Source: an uncultured Spirochaetota bacterium
Lineage (GTDB): Bacteria; Spirochaetota; Spirochaetia; SZUA-6; Fen-1364
Assembly (NCBI GenBank): GCA_963745235.1
Contig: CAVUXE010000037.1
Coordinates: forward strand, 32,001 to 96,000
DNA: 64,000 nucleotides
Direction: 5' to 3'
Numbering within the stretch: the first letter of the stretch is position 1; each line of letters opens with the position of its first letter. The translations under genes were made by a program, and so were the position numbers. The notes beneath the pieces were generated by a model. The model did no database searches. It saw nothing but the letters and a program-made list of their open reading frames with translations, and was not told the origin of the DNA. Below are positions 62,349 to 64,000 of the stretch, piece by piece.

Positions 62349-64000
62349 ATGTCTGACGATCTCAGGCCTGATCCCGACGCCCTGCTGCGCGCCGTGGAAA
62401 AGGAGCGGGAGGGGAAAGGCAAGCTCAAGATTTTCTTCGGCATGGCCGCGGGGGTGGGCAAGACCTACTCCATGCTCAAGGAGGCGCGGCAGAAGCAGGA
62501 GGAGGGGGTGGACGTCGTCATCGGCTACCTGGAGAGCCACCAGCGAAAAGAGACCGAAGAGCTCGCCACGGGTTTCGAGACCATCCCCCGAATGACCCTG
62601 GACTACCGGGGGAGGACGCTGGAAGAGATGGACGTCGATGCCGTCCTTGCCCGCAAGCCCGCCCTCGTGCTGGTGGATGAGCTGGCCCACACCAACGTGC
62701 CGGGCGCGCGAAACGGAAAACGCTACCAGGACGTCCTGGAGCTCACGGACCGCGGCATCGACGTCTTCACCACGGTGAACGTCCAGCACCTGGAAGGCTT
62801 CGCGGACACGGTGGAGGAGATCACCGGGATCCAGGTCCACGAGCGCATCCCGGATTCCATTTTCGACACCGCGGACCAGGTCGTCCTCATCGACATCTCT
62901 CCCGAGGAGCTTCTGAAGCGGCTGGCGGAGGGGAAGGTCTACCTGGGAGACGCGCGCGCAGCGCGGCCATGGAAAACTTCTTCAAGAAGAGCACGCTGAC
63001 CGCGCTGCGCGAGATGTCTCTGCGGCATACCGCGCTCCTCGTGGACCACCAGCTTGCAAGCTACGCGCGGGAAGGCGGGCGGGAGAGCCCCGCCAAGTCC
63101 GGGGACCGTCTCCTGGTTGCCATCAGCCCCAGCCCGAACTCGGCGCACCTGATCCGATGGACGCGCCAGAGGGCGTTCAACCTGAAGGCGGAATGGACCG
63201 CGCTCTTCGTCGAGACGGGCAATCCGCTCAGCGAGACCGCGCAGGAATCCCTGCGAAAGAACATGAACCTGGCGCGGCAGCTCGGCGCGGCCGTGGTGAG
63301 CATCCCCTCGGAGGATGTCGCGGACACGGTGCTGCGTTTTGCGCGCACCAACAACGTTTCCCAGATCGTCCTTGGCAAGTCCGGTCTCAGCACACACGCG
63401 CGGCTGTTTGCAAAGCGCTCGGTGACAGACCGGATCCTGGCGGCAAGCGGCGACATCGACGTTGCGGTCGTCCAGGAAAAGGGAACAACGGTCGTCCACA
63501 GGCCCACGAGCGTCGCCGCCGCGGCGAAGTCTCAGGCGGGCACATTCTCCCTGTCCGTGCTGCTCGTGGCAGCGGTCACGGTCATCAACCTCCTGGCCCT
63601 CCCCGTGGTCGGCTATCACTCCGTGTCCATTCTCTACCTTCTTTCGGTGATCGCCACGGCCTTTTTCGCCAGCCGCGCGGCCGTCATGGTCTGTGCGGCG
63701 CTGAGCGCCGTCCTCTGGGACTACTTCTTCATTCCGCCGCGCTTCACCTTCGTGATCAGCAAGCTCGAAGACGTGCTCATGTTCTTCCTCTACTTCGTGA
63801 CCGCCGCTGCCCTGGCATTCCTCATGTCCCGGCTGCGGAGCAACCAGCGGATGCTCGCCGTGCGGGAACGGCGGGTGACGCTCCTGTACAACTTCTCCCA
63901 GGAGCTTTCCATCACGCGCAGCATTCCCGAGATCGTGCAGAAGAGCCTGGGGCACATCTACGCGCTACTTCGAGGCGGAGTGTCTCCTGTTCCTGCGGGA
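62349..64000 (+). CDS. kdpD: Sensor kinase KdpD, partial (frameshift near 62965; runs off the window)
   Basis: RPDPDALL, GMAAGVGKT, LVDELAHTN, then USP domain and four TMs. Confidence 0.92.

Overview
High-GC bacterial DNA, probably an anaerobic Spirochaetia member (inferred from spirochaete-type lipoprotein signals and gene content). Frequent single-base indels in core genes suggest an unpolished long-read assembly. The window opens with tRNA-Leu(CAA), whose 3' part (56 bp) is duplicated at 5729-5784. This brackets a ~5.7 kb integrase-less island with matching arm-type repeats at both ends. The island carries a six-part operon: a radical SAM/SPASM enzyme, a (Cys-X-X-X)10 precursor peptide with a twin-arginine plus lipobox signal (read in frame at the rSAM C-terminus), a CXXX-target rSAM maturase, a CXXX maturase, a small CXXX-associated protein, and its own tatA (with zinc ribbon) and tatC. 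It looks like a Tat-exported, lipid-anchored RiPP system and is the best novelty candidate. 5.8-16.6 kb is a decayed accessory/defence region: MTase, HEPN-like, SbcD, VapB, VapC, SWIM and JetA fragments, two DUF4143 ATPases, and a complete IS with a DUF6788 passenger. The rest is mostly core: an EAL-CBS-GGDEF protein, a ROK-regulated GH16/ABC sugar locus, an MCP, ptb, fabFGD/fabH, aroC, cobamide salvage genes, a hydCBA bifurcating [FeFe]-hydrogenase operon with a Rex-like operator followed by a sensory hydrogenase-histidine kinase relay, a partner-switching module, an adenylate cyclase and kdpFABCD.
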